Assembly (NCBI GenBank): GCA_018818835.1
Contig: JAHIRD010000141.1
Span: 4,608 to 68,607 of the forward strand
Source: Pseudomonadota bacterium
GTDB lineage: Bacteria; Desulfobacterota; Desulfobacteria; Desulfobacterales; Desulfolunaceae
Length of the DNA stretch: 64,000 nucleotides
Direction: 5' to 3'
Made by a program: the position numbers and the translations under genes. The notes beneath the pieces were generated by a model. It did not search any database. It had not been told where the DNA came from and saw only the letters and a program-made list of their open reading frames with translations. The first letter of the stretch is position 1; every line of letters begins with the position of its first letter. Shown here piece by piece: positions 62,635 through 64,000 of the stretch.

Positions 62635-63110
62635 AACCACCCGTTCGCGTAGCTCACTGAAGGGCACGAAGAACACAGCGCGGCATAGCCACAACTAAAA
62701 AGCCTCGTCTCTCACGGAGAGGCGCACAAAGAACCTGATGACGTGTCAATGGGAATATGGCCTTGGGCGGAACATAGTTTTTTTATCAACCACCCACTCC
62801 CGTTGGTCGTTTGCGAACACGAAGAACAAGCGCGGCAGACAGTGTTCCAATGTCCGTGTCAGTCCGTGGTCGTCTGTGTTCGTCCACGAAAGAAATAGCC
62901 TGGACAAACACGGACTGTCACAGACAAACACGGACATGTTCCACAGACGGTGTTGCAAGGTTAAACTGCTTTTTTTCAATCCCAGGCAAGGACTGGGATT
63001 TTTATAATCACCATGAAGGTCATGAAGTTTAGGGTGGATATGTTTTCTTTTTTTAAACCACCCGTTCGCAACGCTCACTGAAGGACACGAAGAAAAAGAA
63101 ATAATTTTCC
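62635..63110. repeat. Cluster of intergenic repeats (family-A left half, three accacccgttcgc-type heads, gtccgtg-rich palindrome)
   Basis: accacccgttcgcgtagctcactgaagggcacgaagaacacagcgcggcatagccacaactaaaaagcctcgtctctcacggagagg at 62635-62735. Related heads lie at about 62789 and 63055. An imperfect palindrome gtccgtgtcagtccgtg...cacggactgtcacagacaaacacggac is at 62851-62936. Confidence 0.6.
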
Positions 63111-63130
63111 TGACCTTACCCATTTAAGTT

Positions 63131-63907
63131 TTACGACTTTTTTGCCCTTTGTTTTCTGACGATAAGGGGAATGGATGACACGATTCCGATCAGAACCCCT
63201 CCGGCAACGAAGGCGGGTGAAACATGACCACGGAGAATGTCAGGAAGAGAGCTTGAAAAAACAATGAAGGCGATGCATGCCGGAAGCATGCAGAAAAATG
63301 ACGTGACCGCATAGTGAATAAAGCTGATTTTGGTAAGACCAAAGGCATAGTTCAGCAGGTTGTAGGGGAAAACCGGAATAAGGCGTGTGAACGCGACGAT
63401 TTTCCATCCCTGACGTCCCACGTCCTCATCAAGGCGTTTCAGCCGGGGATGGGCCATCAGCATGGTTTCAGCCCAGGACCTTGCCCCGTATCGTGCAATA
63501 AGAAACGACACGCAGGCACCCAGGGTGGCCCCGGTGATGGCGTACACCACGCCCCAGAATGGCCCGAACAGTATGCCTCCCACGATTGTAACAGGTAGCC
63601 CCGGAAGAAACAGGGCAGGGGATATGGAATAGATAAGTATATAAATAAGGGGTGCAAAAACGCCCCCGCGTTCTACCCAGGCTTTCAGAGTTTCCGTTTC
63701 AAGGTAGCCGGACGCACCAGAGAATTTTAAGGCCAGTATTGCACTGATGATCAGGGACACAATGAAAAATCCCCGCGCTGCTCCGTGTTTGCGGCCATTA
63801 TCGTCGGCTCTGAACCGTCTCTCTCTGGTGATTGCCCCAGGATAGTCTTTTTTTATCCGGCGTTTCACAATCAGACGGTTTATGTATGTGACAGGAGATG
63901 ATGACAC
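63131..63907 (-). CDS. TVP38/TMEM64 (DedA-related) family membrane protein
   Basis: PGLPVTIVGGILFGPFWGVVYAITGATLGACVSFLIARY is the family signature. The listed start 63907 is a GTG, and the frame stays open to the window edge (63908-64000), so the 5' end is uncertain. Confidence 0.75.
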   Translation of the reverse strand: MSSSPVTYINRLIVKRRIKKDYPGAITRERRFRADDNGRKHGAARGFFIVSLIISAILALKFSGASGYLETETLKAWVERGGVFAPLIYILIYSISPALFLPGLPVTIVGGILFGPFWGVVYAITGATLGACVSFLIARYGARSWAETMLMAHPRLKRLDEDVGRQGWKIVAFTRLIPVFPYNLLNYAFGLTKISFIHYAVTSFFCMLPACIAFIVFSSSLPDILRGHVSPAFVAGGVLIGIVSSIPLIVRKQRAKKS

Positions 63908-64000
63908 CTTGGATTTCCCGGCAATAGCCTTATCGGTATCAAAAATAATGTCAAGGATATGGGAGATGTTTGACGGTCCTTTGAGATAATTTGAGCACCC

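Overview
This 64 kb window contains about 40 protein-coding genes. I saw no rRNA, tRNA, transposase, integrase or CRISPR. The gene content suggests a Desulfobacterales-like deltaproteobacterium: a Cus RND efflux operon, many sigma-54 type -24/-12 boxes, a multi-rhodanese lipoprotein and dense intergenic hairpin repeats. That assignment is inference only.

(1) Positions 1-12.8 kb, all on the minus strand, form a cell-envelope locus. It encodes four paralogous small secreted proteins that share an N-terminal (T/M)(G/A)QAG box. It also encodes a periplasmic C39-type cysteine peptidase with an intact catalytic triad, an outer-membrane barrel with an N-terminal coiled coil, a FadL-like barrel, and PD40 and LVIVD propellers. 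The peptidase plus coiled-coil barrel plus small secreted proteins resembles the Pseudomonas Fap amyloid export module, but the cargo is unrelated. Three leaders in this locus carry a repeated structured RNA that I read as c-di-GMP-I (GEMM-I) riboswitch aptamers. There are seven copies: five sit in one tandem array at 3945-4355, and one (12687-12762) has an A at the ligand-selectivity position.

(2) Positions 12.9-14.3 kb are a 1.4 kb AT-rich non-coding gap containing a perfect orphan sigma-54 promoter.

(3) Positions 14.9-28.7 kb hold a minus-strand operon (837-aa orphan, phosphatidylserine-decarboxylase-like, Lgt-like). It diverges from two tandem paralogous lipoproteins of about 1350 aa with no recognisable domains.

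(4) The remainder is housekeeping and accessory genes: a CdaA-YbbR fusion, mntP, the cusCBA operon with an unusual CusA, a GGDEF / SiaB-like / SiaC-like / hybrid histidine kinase module, three PilZ proteins (two fused to cNMP-binding domains), a SPOR protein, a QueG-like protein, a GT2 / barrel / GT-C cluster, a six-domain rhodanese lipoprotein and a TVP38 protein.

Two families of MITE-like hairpin repeats, sometimes nested, fill several intergenic regions. All family assignments come from motif recognition by eye. No database search was run.
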